Below are positions 49,616 through 64,000 of a stretch of DNA of 64,000 nt, in pieces. The stretch lies in contig NC_045697.1 of NCBI RefSeq assembly GCF_009834535.1, forward strand, positions 8,806,001-8,870,000, given 5' to 3'. The notes beneath the pieces are model-generated. The model was given only the letters and a program-made list of their open reading frames with translations, ran no database searches and had not been told where the DNA came from. This DNA comes from Camelus ferus. Its lineage: Eukaryota. Position numbers and translations under genes: made by a program. Numbering within the stretch: the first letter of the stretch is position 1; every line of letters begins with the position of its first letter.

Positions 49616-52600
49616 GATGGGGAGGGAGAAACATTCATGAAAGTAATTGCTTCGAATGATAATAAGTATGACTCAGAGAGAAGGATGGAGGTGCAGAATG
49701 TGTCTGGGGACTTGGAGGAAAGAGCAATTTTAAAGGAGGACGAGAATTATGCTCTCAGAATCTCCATACAAATGGGTGGATTATGAGAAATAAAAGAAAC
49801 TAATGGTAAAAGGTGGTGGATGTGATATTTCCGAGTCACCAAGACTTGGGATGGGATTCGGTATTGGTACATGCTGAAATGCAGGGTGTAACCTATTACG
49901 TCGGGACATAATTTGTATTAAAAAAAAGACAGACAGACTTATGGAAGTCAGATGGCCTGAGAGGGGAAACAGACCAGCAGGGCATAGGATAAGGACATAA
50001 ATAAAGACGCGTGGAAGTTCTGTCCTTAGAGGTGTAATAAGAGCCATGTGACTCTTTAAATAAAGTGGCCTCTGTCTCTCTGGCTCAGGTCACACAGTTG
50101 CTCAGAGGTGGGGTGTTGTGACATTGGGGATTCACGTCACCTGTCCAGACACCTGCTGAACGTGGGCAAGCTTGACCTGTTTTTGTCTTGCTTTACTGAT
50201 AATTTCATCTCACAGGGGCGGGGACTACACAATTCCCACTCTGACTTCATAATGAATTGCCACTTGGTTAGTAAAGCAGAAGTGGCAGAATCTCAACATA
50301 AAGCCAGATGGAACGTCTACTTTTGGGGTGACTGCGGCCTCATACAGTTTACGAGCTCCAGTGAGAAGGAACAAATGAACTTGACCAGAACTGTGCCCTA
50401 GATTTCAGGAAGAAGGATTTTTTTAAAGAAATTTGGAGAATACCCTCTCCTCAGTTCTTGTTGATGGACAACGCAAAATTCCAAAGGTCTTTTCTTCTCG
50501 CTTGTCCCTCCTTTTCTTTTTACAATTAATGCCAAGTACTTCTATCTTTTAAGTGAGTCATTAAGGGATATTACATTTTAGCCTTTAGAAGATGAAGCTA
50601 GCCAGAACCGGAGTCTGTGGAAGGTTGGAATCGGTGTTGAGCAGAGAGTCAGGCAGCCTCATCCCAAACCCCCCACACCCAGCTGCACCCAGGCGGCCGG
50701 CACTCCCACTGTATTCTGGAAGGACGATTAGTCATTGCGTAGCATCAGGGAAGTCTGTTGGTTGAGTTTTTCACAAGCTGCTAATCATACTTGTTAAATA
50801 GAAATGGCAGCTTGTTTTGTTTCGTCATTATGAATTTAGACTGTTGTACATTATTAGATGAACCTTACAGTGGTTTGTTGGCCTTCTTGTGGGAAATGAA
50901 AATATGAAAATACTTGTGTCCCTTGTATTTTGGAACTATGGTTCTCTCATAGCTGCATGTTAAGATGTATATTATTGTGGATTTTAATGTGAAACAGCAA
51001 GGTGTTATCACTAAAACAGGGGTCTACACCATCTTTATCACCCCCAGATATTGTGCAGTGTACAGTTTAGTGCTAACATTAGAGCCAGCCTGATTAGTTT
51101 GAATCATGGTCTCACCTAAGCTTTTTAAGGCTCAGTTTCTTTATCTATGAAATGGGAATAACAGAACCTACCCTAGTGAGGATTAAACAACATCATGCAT
51201 GTGCACTCCTAAGACACTGCTCAGTAGAACGGGAACTAATCATTACCAGTATTTAAAGAATACTCACAGTTTGCTAAGCACCATCTGAATGTTTTACATA
51301 TATTGAGTAATCGATCCTCAGAATGAGGTGGACGTTACTATTATCTCTGTGTTACAGATTTAAAAAAAATAGGCATTTGGTAGTGCTCAAGATCGAATAA
51401 TTAGGAAGTGGCAAAGTGGGGAATTGAACCTGGAAAGCCTGGTTCTAGATTTATTGCTAGTAACTACCATACCACTTCTGATAATGACAAGAACTCACCC
51501 ATTTATTTTCCAAACGGGCCATATTGTGAGATCAAGGCCAAGTGAATGGTCTCTATTCATTTACAAGCCATTTCCCTCCTCACTTGCTGTGGGCATCTGG
51601 AGGGGCTGTGTCTTACTTACCCCCAAGTCCCCAGAAACTAGCTCAGCCCTTGGTCTGTGAATGGTGGAGTCAAGGCCTTCCCCTCACTGGCCTTTTCAGT
51701 TATCCTAGTCTTTGCTGATGATGCTAACAAAGTATTGCCCTGCTTGGGAGCACCACCTGGAGAGAAGTCTTCTAGATTCCACTTTGAATTCAGTGCTCCT
51801 TGAGTGAAACTTGTTGAAATTTCACAAGCTTAGGCATCCTCCAGGCTGGAAGCCATCCAGTTGAGTATCTGGAAAATGTCACTTTCTACTAGTACTTCTT
51901 AAAATTCCTGGAGCTCACCAACAATAGCTTTTTAGTCTTCAAATGAATCTTAGCACTAGTCTACAAGAAAGGAAACAGGGGTCCAAAGATTGGACATTTT
52001 ATGGAGCTTACGTGGACAGCCAGGGGTAGATTCCAGGCTGGACACCAGGACTCCTGACACTGTCCAGTGTACCTTCCAATTTGCATCTAGAAGGAGAATT
52101 TGAAATATTATGAATTTTACAATATGAGTATTGCTTATATGTCCCATAACATTTGGATTAAAGCTGAGAAAGTCAAGCAAATACTCGTATACTGCTTTTT
52201 TTAACTAATAGACATCATAGCTTTAAAAGGCTCTTTAAACAATGAACACTTTCAGATTTAGACAAAGACATTTGTAGAATGCTCATGGCCAATAAAACTA
52301 TGACAGTATTACTTAAGGCATTTAATGAGATCTTAGTGAAAATTCTGTACAATTAGTGTTTTGTTTTGCACATCAAAAATCAAGTAAGTGTTCTACAAAA
52401 TATTAAAGACATCTGAAACATTCAGAAGTGTATCATTTGTGGAAATTTCTAAGCATCCATGAAACAAACTAGACAGTGGTTTGGACAAACACAAATGATT
52501 TCACTAATGGAAACCTTAGGAGAAAAGGGTTTGAATCAAAATTTGAATCAAGATCCATTAAAATATTACTTGAACAGATAGGCTATTTGTGAAACTGGAT

Positions 52601-52969
52601 TTTCAAACAAATGACTATTCCATATTTTGAAATGAATGGCTTATGATTTTGCTTGGAAAGGAAGACATTTGTGAACTTAGGGGAAAAGATATTTTCCTAA
52701 TAACTATTTTAATAGTGGTCAAAGATAAGAATGATTATCAATTAATCAGTGCTGGGTGATATATGGCCCAGATACAGTCTCTCACTCCTTTCTCAGAGCT
52801 ACCACTGTCCTTTCCAGATGTTTCTAGTGTGGCAATCATCGCACCCTTGAAGTGTAGATGGCCTGTGATCTTCTATGGGCAGGGGCCTTGTCTCTCTATT
52901 TGTGGATTTATTTTGAACAGGTAAGTTGAATTATTCAGTGTCACATGTGGCACCTTTTGACTCCAATTT

Positions 52970-53550
52970 CAAAATGGAGGGAATAAATGGAGATCAACCA
53001 AATGAGAAAAGCAAAGGCTATTTTTTTCTGAACTTGCTATAGCAAAGGACTACCATTTGCATTTAGGCAGAGACTAAAAAGCAGGCAGAGGAGTAAAGAA
53101 ACTTTGCTGAGGAAAAAGGGAAGGCTTTTCTGTGCCCTGATTGGGGGCTACTGGCATGAGGAAGCTATGGGCGGGATCTCTAGAAGCACGCACGACATCC
53201 CATGTGAGTGGTGGGGGGTGCATATTTAACTTTCTCTGGTTGGTCCCAAGTTGGAAACAGAGACACAAGTTAGGAAGGCTGTCAGTTATCAGTCAAGTCC
53301 TAGCTGTTTGGGGCTGATTGTTACAGGAGTTATTGTCTAGTTTCTTGGACCAGTTGCTGGCGATAGTGATCTGACTTCCTGCAAGTCTGACTTAATAGGT
53401 AGCAGGTTGACTTCCTGAGCGAGGTACTGTAGGCAATGGATTGGTTTCTTGGGCTGGTTGCTGTAGATTGTGGGTCAGGATTCATATGGGCTCGTGTGGG
53501 TCATTTTTGTATGGGGTCTGGCCAGTGTTGACTTGTGTACTCAGTCTGTC
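52970..53550 (-). mobile_element. ERV1-like LTR relic
   Basis: agatcaaccaaatgagaaaagcaaaggcta...ttctctggttggtcccaagttggaa...cctgcaagtctgactt; LTR-like, family uncertain. Confidence 0.5.
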
Positions 53551-56494
53551 ATTTCAGTTCTCTTCCTTCTAAATTGGGGATATCAAGCTTTCTGTCAAGG
53601 GCCAGAGAGAAAGTGTTTTCAGCTTTGTGAACCATGCAGTCTCTGTTGCAATTACTCAACTCTGACATTTTAGCACAAAAGCAGCCCCTGACGACATGTA
53701 AACAAGTGGATTTGGCTATGTTCCAACAAAAGTTTATTTACGAAAATAGGCAGCACGCTTGATTTGGCCCTAGGGCTGTAGTTTGCAGATCCCTGTTCTA
53801 CAGTGAAGAGTTTGCACAAAATCAACAAATGTGCAAATAACAGCTGTCTCCTGTGTCATGACTCGTTTCCTTCAGGCCCGTTTTCATACTGATGAAATTA
53901 TGACCTTTGTGATCTAGTTTCCGAGTGGCGGCTTATTCAAGAAGCGTAGTTCAACAACAAAACTAAAAAAAATTCCATTATTTCCCCCTTCCGCTCAAAG
54001 GACATTTTATGATACCCATTTAATAAGTAAAGTGATCCTTCTTATAATGTTCTTCTTCTCATTCCTCCATGGCGCAAATTCCATTTTAAGAATCTCTTAT
54101 CTGTCAAAACCCCCAAAGAAATCCTCTGTCATGTACAGTGAATCAACACAGTGAACTATCTTCTTGGTATACGTCACAAGGAAGATGAGAGTGGGTGAGT
54201 GGAACGTGGTTAAGTTGGCAAAGATGGTCTGTCCTTAGTCTGGTCCCCTCATGTTTGCAATATGGCTGCCACAGTTCCAGGCATCACAAATAGACAAAAA
54301 ATGACTACAGCAAGTAAAGGCCATTTCTTCCTGCTTCTCCTTATGAGTAAAAACCCTCTACCAGAAGCTTCCTAGCAGACTCACACTCATGTCTTATCCA
54401 CCCAGTTGCATCACGTGCTCATGCCTAACTCCACGCTGGTAAGGGGAATGGGGCCACCAGGACTGGCTTCGATTAAGCAGTAGTCACCTGCTGAGGTTGG
54501 GGGTACATCCTGCCTCCTCTGTTGCACATGGCCTTCAGGGGAGGGTGGACGTGAATGAGTGCAGTTGGGGTTCTGTAGGAAGGTTGAGGGAGAGGGAGTC
54601 AATACTGAGAAGCCAATAAGTGGTATCTTCAGCAAGAGGCAAAGGGGCAGGGGGAGCAATGGCTGTAGAGAAAAGGTGGTGGGAGGAAATAGAGGACCTG
54701 TGAGGTTTTAAAACCTCTAGATTTTTAACATTCACCAAAGTAAAAACAGTCACAGTTTCTTTTTTGTGGCAGACAGATTCTGGATGGGATTGTTGGATTC
54801 TTTGATAAAGAGTTGTATTCCGTCTTCCCCTGAACACATCACATATCAGGCAAGAGCAGGTAAAAAACACTTTGTTTTTTCATTTGGGTTAACCAAACCC
54901 ATTTACTCATTGTTCCCTGAAGCCACATAGTTGTTTTGTGATTTTTCTACCTTCATATACCATTTCTTCTTACATTTCCTCCCACCCACCCGGCCCCCAT
55001 TGCAATGCCTTTCCCCCTCTTCTCCACCACGGATCTTACCTGCGTCTGAAGTCTGGCTTGAATCCATGTTGCTTGTGAAGCCCTCTTCTCTATTCCAGAC
55101 CCAGGGTGCCATCCTCTGAAGGAGCCATCAGGGGCCTGTGGGTTGACAGGGCATCACTGGGGAAGCCCTCATACAGTCAGATGGAGCACCAGAGGGTCAT
55201 CATTTTCTAGGAGATAAGTGGTCCTCAGAATTATCAGAGCAGCAGAACCAGGAGGCTGCCAGGTCTGGGATCAGGGGCTATGTAAAACAATAGAGTAGGA
55301 TTCTAAGGCTGAACAGAGAGAAAAATTATTCTGGGAGCCCTTAGCTGGTGTCCTGGTCCTTCCACGTGACATTTTTTTTTTCATGGATGAGATGTATATG
55401 TTATTTGAGCATTAGTTTTCTCATCTTCAAAGTGAAGTCTATGCTTATCTTTTCACCCCTCCCATACTCCATGAGAATCTAAACTCCAAGAGACAGGGAC
55501 TATATTTTATTTTCAATTTACCAATTACATCCAGCTCATAGTGTATTATCTGGCATCTAGGAAGCACAATACATCCTTGTTGAAAACTAAAATGAGCGTA
55601 AAATAAGGAAGCATCGATGTAAATGTCTGTAAACTTAAGGTATGATACAAGTGGAATACATTTTGTTCTCACCACCTCCAAGATTAGCAACCATTTCTAT
55701 GCCCAGTAGGTATGCTGTCTGTGTCGGCTAATACATCCTCTGTGCAATGCATAGCATACTGTGAAGCTGTTTCAATAAAAATGTGGCATCTTTTAGAGCA
55801 GGGGAACACCTGTCTTGTGTCAGACCATCACCTATAAATCTTGCCTTCAGGTTGTCTAACGTCTAATGGCAGATGAATAGCATGCATACCTCTACCTGCC
55901 TCCTCTGGATGCAGGGCGGACGTTGATAACTGATCATGAGGCTTTCCCACTGATCCTGGACATGGCACTCACATTCTTTAAAAACCATTTTTACAGGCAG
56001 CTGCTACCAACTGATAAGAGTTGATCAGAAGTCCATTTGACGGGAAGTCTATTTGCTATCCCTGGTCTTAATTGAAGAGTGCTCTCTTTTTGCTTGTTTA
56101 TTTATTTTCCTGAAGATCTCCATCTGTGGAATCTCCACAGTCTCCTCCTGTTGATCATTTCTCCGTTTTCTTCTTTGGCTGGAAAGTTCTCATATCCAAA
56201 TGCAGAAATAAGGCTGTCTTTGTCCTTCAACCCAAACAAATATCCCAAAGAAATATGATTTGGTTTTGCTTCTAGGAAATAAGAGAAGTAGCAAAGAGGG
56301 AATGAATCAATCCACCTCAGTGAGGTTGCTGTGAAATTTATTAGAAACAAACCTCCCCTCTGGCATACAAAGGCCACACCTACAACAGCAGATTCAACTG
56401 CCCTGTTTCTGTAACGTGCTGCGCCTCACCACATTTTTTACCTTTTAAAGCACTTTACAAACATTTCTTAATTGATTTATTGCCCTGGTACCAG

Positions 56495-56625
56495 TTTAGA
56501 ACACAGCAACAAGAGTGATTAAAAGGCCAGAAGAACTGATTTATGATGAAAGATTAGAAATGGAATATGATCTGAAACTTGACCAAACAAAAATCCACAG
56601 GCAGACATCTCAGCCACCTGTAATT
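56495..56625 (+). mobile_element. Ancient CR1/L3 LINE fragment
   Basis: cagcaacaagagtgattaaaaggccagaagaactgatttatgatgaaagattag resembles the CR1 RT C-terminal region (ATKMIKGLE.L.YEERL). Confidence 0.45.
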
Positions 56626-59600
56626 ACCCAGCGGAGTGTGAACCCCAAAGCAAGAGATGAATGATTTCATTCTGCCATTAGGGGTTTCAAAAGAGAATGT
56701 TGATTCTTTTTTTTAATGAAGAAAAATTTAGTCGAGTAGATTGATTCTCCAAGGACTATGGGCTGTCCCAGAAATCTTCAGACTCAAGGTTGCTGCAGGA
56801 CCAAGGTCGAGAGCAGAGAATGACTTTCTTCTACAGTCAGGCAAAAAACCAAAGCCTCCTTCTGCTCCACTTTTCCCGTCCTCCCATCTCTCATGATCCG
56901 TTGGCTTTAGTATATGATTTTAGGAGACTTTACTATCTTTGTGCTTCTGGGTATAAACTGACAATCTGCAACACTCAACCTAAGGAAAATTACAATTTGA
57001 TCCTCTGTAGAGGATGCTTCCTGTCAGATTGCCTATTGATTATAGGTACCAAAATGGGTATTTATGTGATGAAATCTTTCCAGTTTTTGGTAAGCTCTCT
57101 TCTCAGGTTTTCCAAAAATGCATAACAATAAAATCAACAAAATAGTTCATGGATTCTTAACGTTTCAAAATAAAATTTTGGCTTAGTTTTGTTTAAGAAG
57201 GCATGTTTCTCAACTAAAGATAAGTAATGTTTCTTGGCTTTAAATTATTCATTAGTTTTTTAATATAAATGCATTCACCTAAAAAGCATTAAATGAGTAT
57301 TTGTGATGCACACGTTATGATTTAGCCACCTTGGGAGAAATGTTTTAAAGACATTAAAGGCATGACCCCTGTTGGCAAGGAACTAATTTAGAGACTAAAG
57401 GGGTAAAGGATTTCAAACTCTCCCTGGGTGCTTAATGTGGGGCTGAATTTCTTCCTATTGGTGACTGAAGCCAGGGTGAAGCTTTGGGAACTGGGACTGT
57501 GCAGGGAAAGCTGCTGCCTATTTTCATCAGCAGTGGCTCAGTGGAAATCAATGATACTGACCCAAGTGAAGTTGAGCTTAAGAACTATTGAAAACATGAA
57601 CGCTTTCAAATCCCCAGGCATAGGGTTTGCAAAAGGGGTTAGCTTGATGGAGTAAAAAGGGTTCAAAAGAATGGTTGAATCCAGAAGAGAACCTGGGGAC
57701 TTAAGAGGCAGAAGATGGAGTCTCTAAAAAAGAGCTACGATCATAGAGATAAGCGGAAGTTTGCTATGGGGCATGAGAGGAAGGTGGGAGACAGGCAGGT
57801 AAACAATTGATTCAGGCGCAAAAGCTCAGCGCTGCCATCTTGCTCGACGCCAGAGAGATCACTCTTTTTGTGTTTAATGTGAAGAGTGTCCCTGGAGTTG
57901 GAGGAGGCAGAAGCTCTAAAGAAGCTATGACAGAGGGCTACAGGGGTGCAGAGGAGGAGACACACGCTATTCAGCAGTGTTTGGGAAGAGTTCTGGAAGA
58001 CATGGCATCTAAGCTAATTCAGGATGATACAGAATTAACTAGGAGAAGAGAGAGTAAAACATATTTCAGGCAGAGCACAAAGCAGCTGCAAACGTAAGGG
58101 GGTCTGGGAGATTCTGAGTTGTCTGGGGCATGGTCTGTTAGAAGGGCAGAAGGGAACACATGAATGTGTAAGTAGGGGTGGTACAGAGGAGCTAGGGGAG
58201 AGGTAAGTCACTCCATGGAGATCCTTGGCCAGCATGTTGGAGTGCGGGCATCATTCTGCAGGCATGGGGAACATTGCAGAATTACATAGGAAGCTACCTG
58301 ATTGGAGAATGAGAAAGCTCACACTGTCAATGGTGTAGAGAGTGGAGGGAGGGAGACACTGGTGGCAGGGGACCAGTTAGGAGGCTGTTGAAATAGCCCA
58401 GGCAAGAAGCAATGAGGATCTGAACAACGTCACCGCAGTGGGGGGAAGAAGCAGCAGGGAGAAGACTTCATGGCTCTTTCCTTCATACTTTTACCGACGT
58501 CTGCCTCCCTTCTGCTGAGTCGGGTTGGACGTCTTTCACATTTATGCTGTCGAGGTCACTGCTGCCTAGTGCATGGGAATATCTGGAAATGTTTCATTTT
58601 TAACTTGCTTAGGTACGGAGACTGACAAATATCTGGGACAGCAGAACCTGGCACGTCCTTCATCATCTGGCAAAATGACTCTGCCTTATTAATAGTGGGA
58701 GCCCGTTCATAACTCCTCACTGCATTTCCAACAAACACTTTTCCTTTCTCTGGGGTTGATAAATTTGATAAAAATTTGGGGTAGTGTGGAGAGGTTATGT
58801 GGAGCACATTACATATCCCACAGGTTGAGAACCAGATGGATTTTAAGTCATAGACTCTAATAATGTGTGACATGATGGGGAGCGAGACACGAAAAATATG
58901 ACAGCAAGTCCCAAGCACCACGCCTACCACGATCTCCTGAGTTTACCGCCCTCCCACCAGATACCTAATATGTAAGATTGCAGTCCGACGCTGTAAAAGG
59001 ACTTACACAGTCTATTTTGAAAAACTGGTACTTCAATAAATAAGATAAGTGGAGGAACCGGGATATAAGAAAACATATAAAAAAACCTTTAGAAGGTCAA
59101 CGAAGCCTGGGGAGATAAAACTCAATAGTTCAGGGACAGAAACGAAATGGAGTTTTCTTTGTTTCAGATAGAAAATTATAAGGCACTGTTGGAGGATTTA
59201 GCTGGAGTTGGAGAAGTCCCTTGCAAGAGTGCAATTTAACAAGCCAGCTAGGAATCTGACCCCATCCGCATAAAGGAAACATAACTTTTTGCTGGCTTTT
59301 CACCAGGATGAGAAATGTCTCACAAGTAAGAAAACTTTAGAGAGGATGAAAAATGTTCTGTGCTTTGTTCTGGGTGGAGAGTGCTTAGGGGGTGCACAAC
59401 TGGCAAAACTCATCAAATTGGACACCCGAGATGGGTGCGTTTTATTGGTATCAGCCCATCAATAAAAATAATATAAATAATTTAAAAAAGCAAAGGAGAA
59501 GGACTATACTGCCACTGTCCCACTGGTAAGTTAACATGCACTGAGCAGTGGAGTAGATCAGACTTGGAGTGGTCAGGATCTCAGGATCACAAACCTCCCC

Positions 59601-60073
59601 CGATCAGACCTATTAATTAGAGGAGGGGCCAAATTTTCATTTAATGTACTTGGGTAGGCCAGGCCACCTCTGAGTAGCAGATAGACCGGATTACATGCAC
59701 CATCTATGCCTTTGGCTTCTCTGGCCAAGCACAAAACTAATTAAGCCTTTCTGTGAACTTGGAACCAAGTGTGGGTTTCTCTTATCCATGAATCACACAT
59801 GAAGGACTTGGCTAATCAGGATTCCAAGACCTCATCCATGCCCAAAGAGGAGGATCAGCATTGACTAGTGATGTCTGTTGAGGGTGTAGTAAGGGGGATT
59901 GGAGAAAGTATGCCAAATATTTGCTAATCTCTGCTGCCCTAATTCTTTTGCAGGAAGACGGCAGATAGGGGGCTGGATTCTCAAGGCCACCAGGAAATTT
60001 CTCTAGTAGTGGAAGCAGTGACAGTGCTGGTGCTGGGAATGTTAAGGCACATTGGGTCTGGAGATCAACTTCT

Positions 60074-60706
60074 TTTTCTTTTTTATTGATTTATAATCAT
60101 TTTACAATGTCGTGTTAAATTCCAGTGTAGAGCACAATTTTTCAGTTATACATGAACATATATATATTCATTGTCACATTTTTTCCTCTGTGAGCTACCA
60201 CAAGATCTTGTGTATATTTCCCTGTGCTATACAGTATAATCTTGTTTATCTATTCTACTATTTTGAAACCCCGTCTATCCCTTCCCACCCTCCGCCCCCT
60301 TGGCAACCACAAGTTTGTATTCTATGTCTATGAGTCTGTTTCTGTTTTGTATTTATGATTTGTTTGGTTTTCTTTTTTTTTTTTTTTTTTAGATTCCACA
60401 TATGAGCAATCTTATATGGTATTTTTCTTTCTCTTTCTGGCTTACTTCACTTAGAATGACATTCTCCAGGAGCATCCATATTGCTGCAAATGGCTTTATG
60501 TTGTCGGTTTTTACGGCAGAGTAGTATTCCACTGTATAAATATACCACATCTTCTTTATCCAGTCATCTGTTGATGGACATTTAGGCTGTCTCCATGTCT
60601 TGGCTATTGTAAATAGTGCTGCTATGAACATTGGGGTGCAGGTGTCCTCCTGAAGTAGGGTTCCTTCTGGATATATGCCTAGGAGTGGGATTCCTGGGTC
60701 ATATGG
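60074..60706 (-). mobile_element. Comparatively young 5'-truncated L1
   Basis: Perfect 15-bp TSD TGGAGATCAACTTCT at 60059-60073 and 60707-60721; uninterrupted ORF2 C-terminus MFIAALFTIAKTWRQPKCPSTDDWIKKMWYIYT (ORF 60389..60631). Confidence 0.92.
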
Positions 60707-61283
60707 TGGAGATCAACTTCTGTTTTTTTCCAGAAGTTTCCAGAGGTGAAGCTGGCTTGGGAGAGCCAAACAGATGGTGTGATAGAGGTGGAAACCAGGT
60801 CTGTGAACAGGTGACCAAAGCAGAGAGAAAGAGGAAGAGCGAGTGAGTGTTGACTCATTTAGGAATTGGCTCTGGGTTCCCTGATTCGATGGGGTGTAGG
60901 CTCAGGGGTTTGGCAGGTGGGGTGCTGCTGTCAGGTTGTATTGCTAAATTCTGGCTCCTTTAACCACGTCTCCCTTCCTTGAGGACATACGGGGTGCCAG
61001 GGCCTAGGGTTGAATGATCTGATGTGAGGGAAGACAGAGCAGGGAGTGGATGAACTAACCCGCAAGGAGCCTGGGATGGAAGGAGCCTCTTTGTAAGGAC
61101 AGAGACTGTATACATACTGTGAAGTGCATCAAGTGCTGTAGTCTTGGGTGCCGAGCATGATAATTTCCACATGTGTACACAGCCACATAGCCTCCTTCCT
61201 GATCAAGGTTTCCATCTCCAGCCTCCCAGGAGTTCCCCTTGTGACTCCTCCTAGGCTGTAACCTCCCCTTCTGGGGTGATCAC

Positions 61284-61390
61284 CAGGGTGACCAGTTGTC
61301 ACACTTTGCTCGGAGCTGAGGGATTTCCTGGGATGTGGGACTTTCTGTCTTAGAACTGGGAAAGTCCTGGGAAAAACTGGGATGGGGGGC
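61284..61390. mobile_element. MER81-like hAT-Blackjack relic
   Basis: cagggtgaccagttgtc...gggatttcctgggatgtgggactttc...gggaaagtcctggg. Confidence 0.6.
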
Positions 61391-64000
61391 ACAGCAGCAC
61401 CCACAATCTTGATGTTGGTCATTATTGATTACTTTTGCCTCGTTTCTAACTACCGTCATTCAATGGAGTCAGACATCAGCCCTTGTTTCCATCTAGCTTC
61501 CTCTGTATAACAACACACCTGTGTGAGTTCACTCTTCTTATGGCATGTGGCCATTCTTTTTCAAAGCTTGATTGCTGGTTAGTGTCCATGGTGTGACTAT
61601 ACTGCAATTTGTCCATTTGCCTGATGAAAGGCATTTGGGCTCAGGTACTTTCTGGTGTAAATAATAAACACACTGACTAGCATGCAAGGCATACCTATTT
61701 TTTATTGTGAGTTTCCTCAAATTTGTAGGAATTAGGTGGAGGGATAAATTATAAGCACTTCTATAATCAAATGGGGGTTGGCAATTACTCCATTTCCCTT
61801 AAATAATTTCAGGGACTAGGTAAAGAGCTTCATTTTTCAGTTTTCATGATGGTCCTATCTGGTACCATAATCAGCCCCCATTTACCAGTTGAGAAAACTG
61901 AGGCACAGAGTGGTTAAGTAACTAGTATGTGTGGGAGTTACAATTTGAACCCAAGCCACCTGGCCCCTGTGCCTGCTTTCTCAACCATTTTACTCAATGC
62001 CTCTGCAGAAATGAGCAAAATTTTATTAGGAGGGTACTCAGCCTTAGGTATCCCTGAATGTAATACTGAAATCTGCATGGCCCTCTAAATTTGGAAAATA
62101 GCGCTTTCCTGTCTACCGTAGGGTTATATGTGATTGTAGACTCTAAAGTGGTGTGTGCTCATAAGAAATTACAAATTTCCTTCCAGTGGTACAACAGTCT
62201 AGCCATTCTATAGCTTCTAACTAAAGACCTGCCACCTTGTTCCCTGTGTTTAACATTCTCTGGTATTTCACGAAGTTCTCTGCACTTGAAATATGATCAT
62301 CCCAGAGTTAAGGCATTCATCAAGTGTGTTCTGTGTTTCACACAGCTGGATGCTTTGAAGGGCGTGACAAAGACAGAAAAAGGAGATCACATTTTCATCA
62401 GCAGAGTGAAAATCAGTGTTTCCCTCACGGTTCTCCTGAGAACACCGAGGCCCTGGTTGCCCTCAGACGGGAGGAAGCTCTGTCCCCAAGTCTCTAGTGT
62501 CCGGGGGGTCTGGAGAGAAGGGACATGTGAGCAATTTGGTGGAATGGAGTTAATTAGTACCACCTTTAACTGAATTGTTTTCCAGGTAAGCCAAGGCTAA
62601 AGGTGAGGTGGGCAGGTAACTTGAGTAATTGCTTCATTTCAAGGGTGAGTCATTTCTAGCCCGAGGCACCAGATCCGGATTTCAGTTTGATGTCATCACA
62701 TTCTTCTAGCAGCTTCTGCTTTAGCACAGAGATTAATTTCCATCCTGGTGGGCTTGAGTGATGAAATCATTCTGTGAGATGTTCAGAGGTTTAACAATTA
62801 GAGCAGATGAAGATCTGTGAATAATCCAAGTTTCAAAGGACTGTGGCTTTTAAACAATGGCCTGATGAACAGTAGGTCATAACTTAAAATCAACATTCAT
62901 CTCAGAAATCTGAGTTCACCTCTGCTATGTCTGTTTCCTCTCTTCTTAGCTTTCTCTTCCTTCTGTTTGACTCCCTTCCATTTCTTCCACACTTCTCTGG
63001 CTTTCTCCTACATTCACCAACTGGCCACATGTATAATGGAAGCATTGAACCGAAGATATTGAGGGCAGCCTCCGTGTCCTGCAGATGACGACGCTGGGGC
63101 ACAGGCTCGGGAAGGGATTAGAAGCAGAGTCAGAGTGGGAACTTGGCATTTGTGCTTCTCTGTTCCATATTCTTATTTAGTATTTTCCAAAAGTATTTAA
63201 AATATTGATTATTTTATTTTGTTGTAAAATAGATATATGGCCCTTGTAAAACATGTTCTCAACTATAGAAAACTTCAAAGTGCCCTGGCGCCCTGTCTGT
63301 TCTCAAGGAAGGGAGACGTGGTTAAAGGAGCCAGAATTTAGCAATACAGCCTGACAGCAGCACCCCACCTGCCAAGCCCCTGTGTATTTCCTTCAGTCTC
63401 TTTTCCATTCAAGTCAACAGAAATTACATATATTCTAAAGAAATAGGATTCTATTGTTGAGGCACATTGGGATCTTGACTTTTGTGTTTAACTCTCATTA
63501 GCATTGTCTCATGGCCTTAGATATTCTGGAAAATATGCCCTTAAAGAGGGCTTGCTACTCCAATCTGTGGCTGTACCAGAATTTAACCACTTGTGGAATG
63601 AAATTCCCGGTTTTTGATTTAAAAAGCAGGCAAGGGAGATAGTTTATATCCCAAGGGGGAAAAGGGAGATCAACAATCCTGCATGGGTTGCTTTTTGCTC
63701 AAAGCTCTCAATTGATTTCTCCCTCTGTGGGTCAGAGACACTCACAAAGGAGAAAAGGATGGTTCTGTACTCTGATAATGTTGATTTAATTACCATATTT
63801 GTCTAGAGACTTCCTTCACTCTTCTCCTGTTCCCGCACCAGTGGAGAAGCCGCTTCATTCTGTGCCTTTTCTCCTGTAGTCAATGTCATCCTAAAATCCA
63901 GTCGCTTGCTCCTGCTGCCCGCAGTATGTTGATCCCTCCCCACCTCCTCCTCTCCCCACACTGGTTTTGCTCAAAATCCTCCTGAAGCAGAAAAAGTGCT

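Noticed and set aside
21000..64000. Protein-coding genes or processed pseudogenes among the upstream short ORFs
   Set aside because: All are under 150 aa, many start at non-ATG codons, and none resembles a cellular protein; the recognisable ones are L1 ORF2 remnants.

Overview
Mammalian genomic DNA, most likely a camelid (camel/alpaca/llama), judged from a tRNA-Ala-derived Vic-1-type SINE. Positions 1-20,010 hold the 5' part of BOD1L1 on the minus strand: coding exons 1-9 complete plus the first 609 nt of the large exon 10, which runs off the window edge. All introns are GT-AG and the exons join in one open frame (1809 nt through exon 9, then 203 more codons). A CpG-island promoter sits at about 19.55-20.83 kb. 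The remaining ~43 kb upstream has no credible protein-coding gene and consists of repeats (L1, L2, MIR, CR1/L3, MaLR, ERV LTRs, hAT transposons) and unique non-coding DNA. I found no convincing novel multi-component system. The best leads are a strong candidate 61-nt poison exon in intron 2, a 77-nt hairpin in intron 7, a near-perfect 86-bp tandem duplication, a cluster of four LTRs 4-8 kb upstream of the promoter, and a perfect 52-bp palindrome. Repeat family names and human-protein comparisons come from memory, not a database search; repeat boundaries are approximate unless target-site duplications (TSDs) are given.
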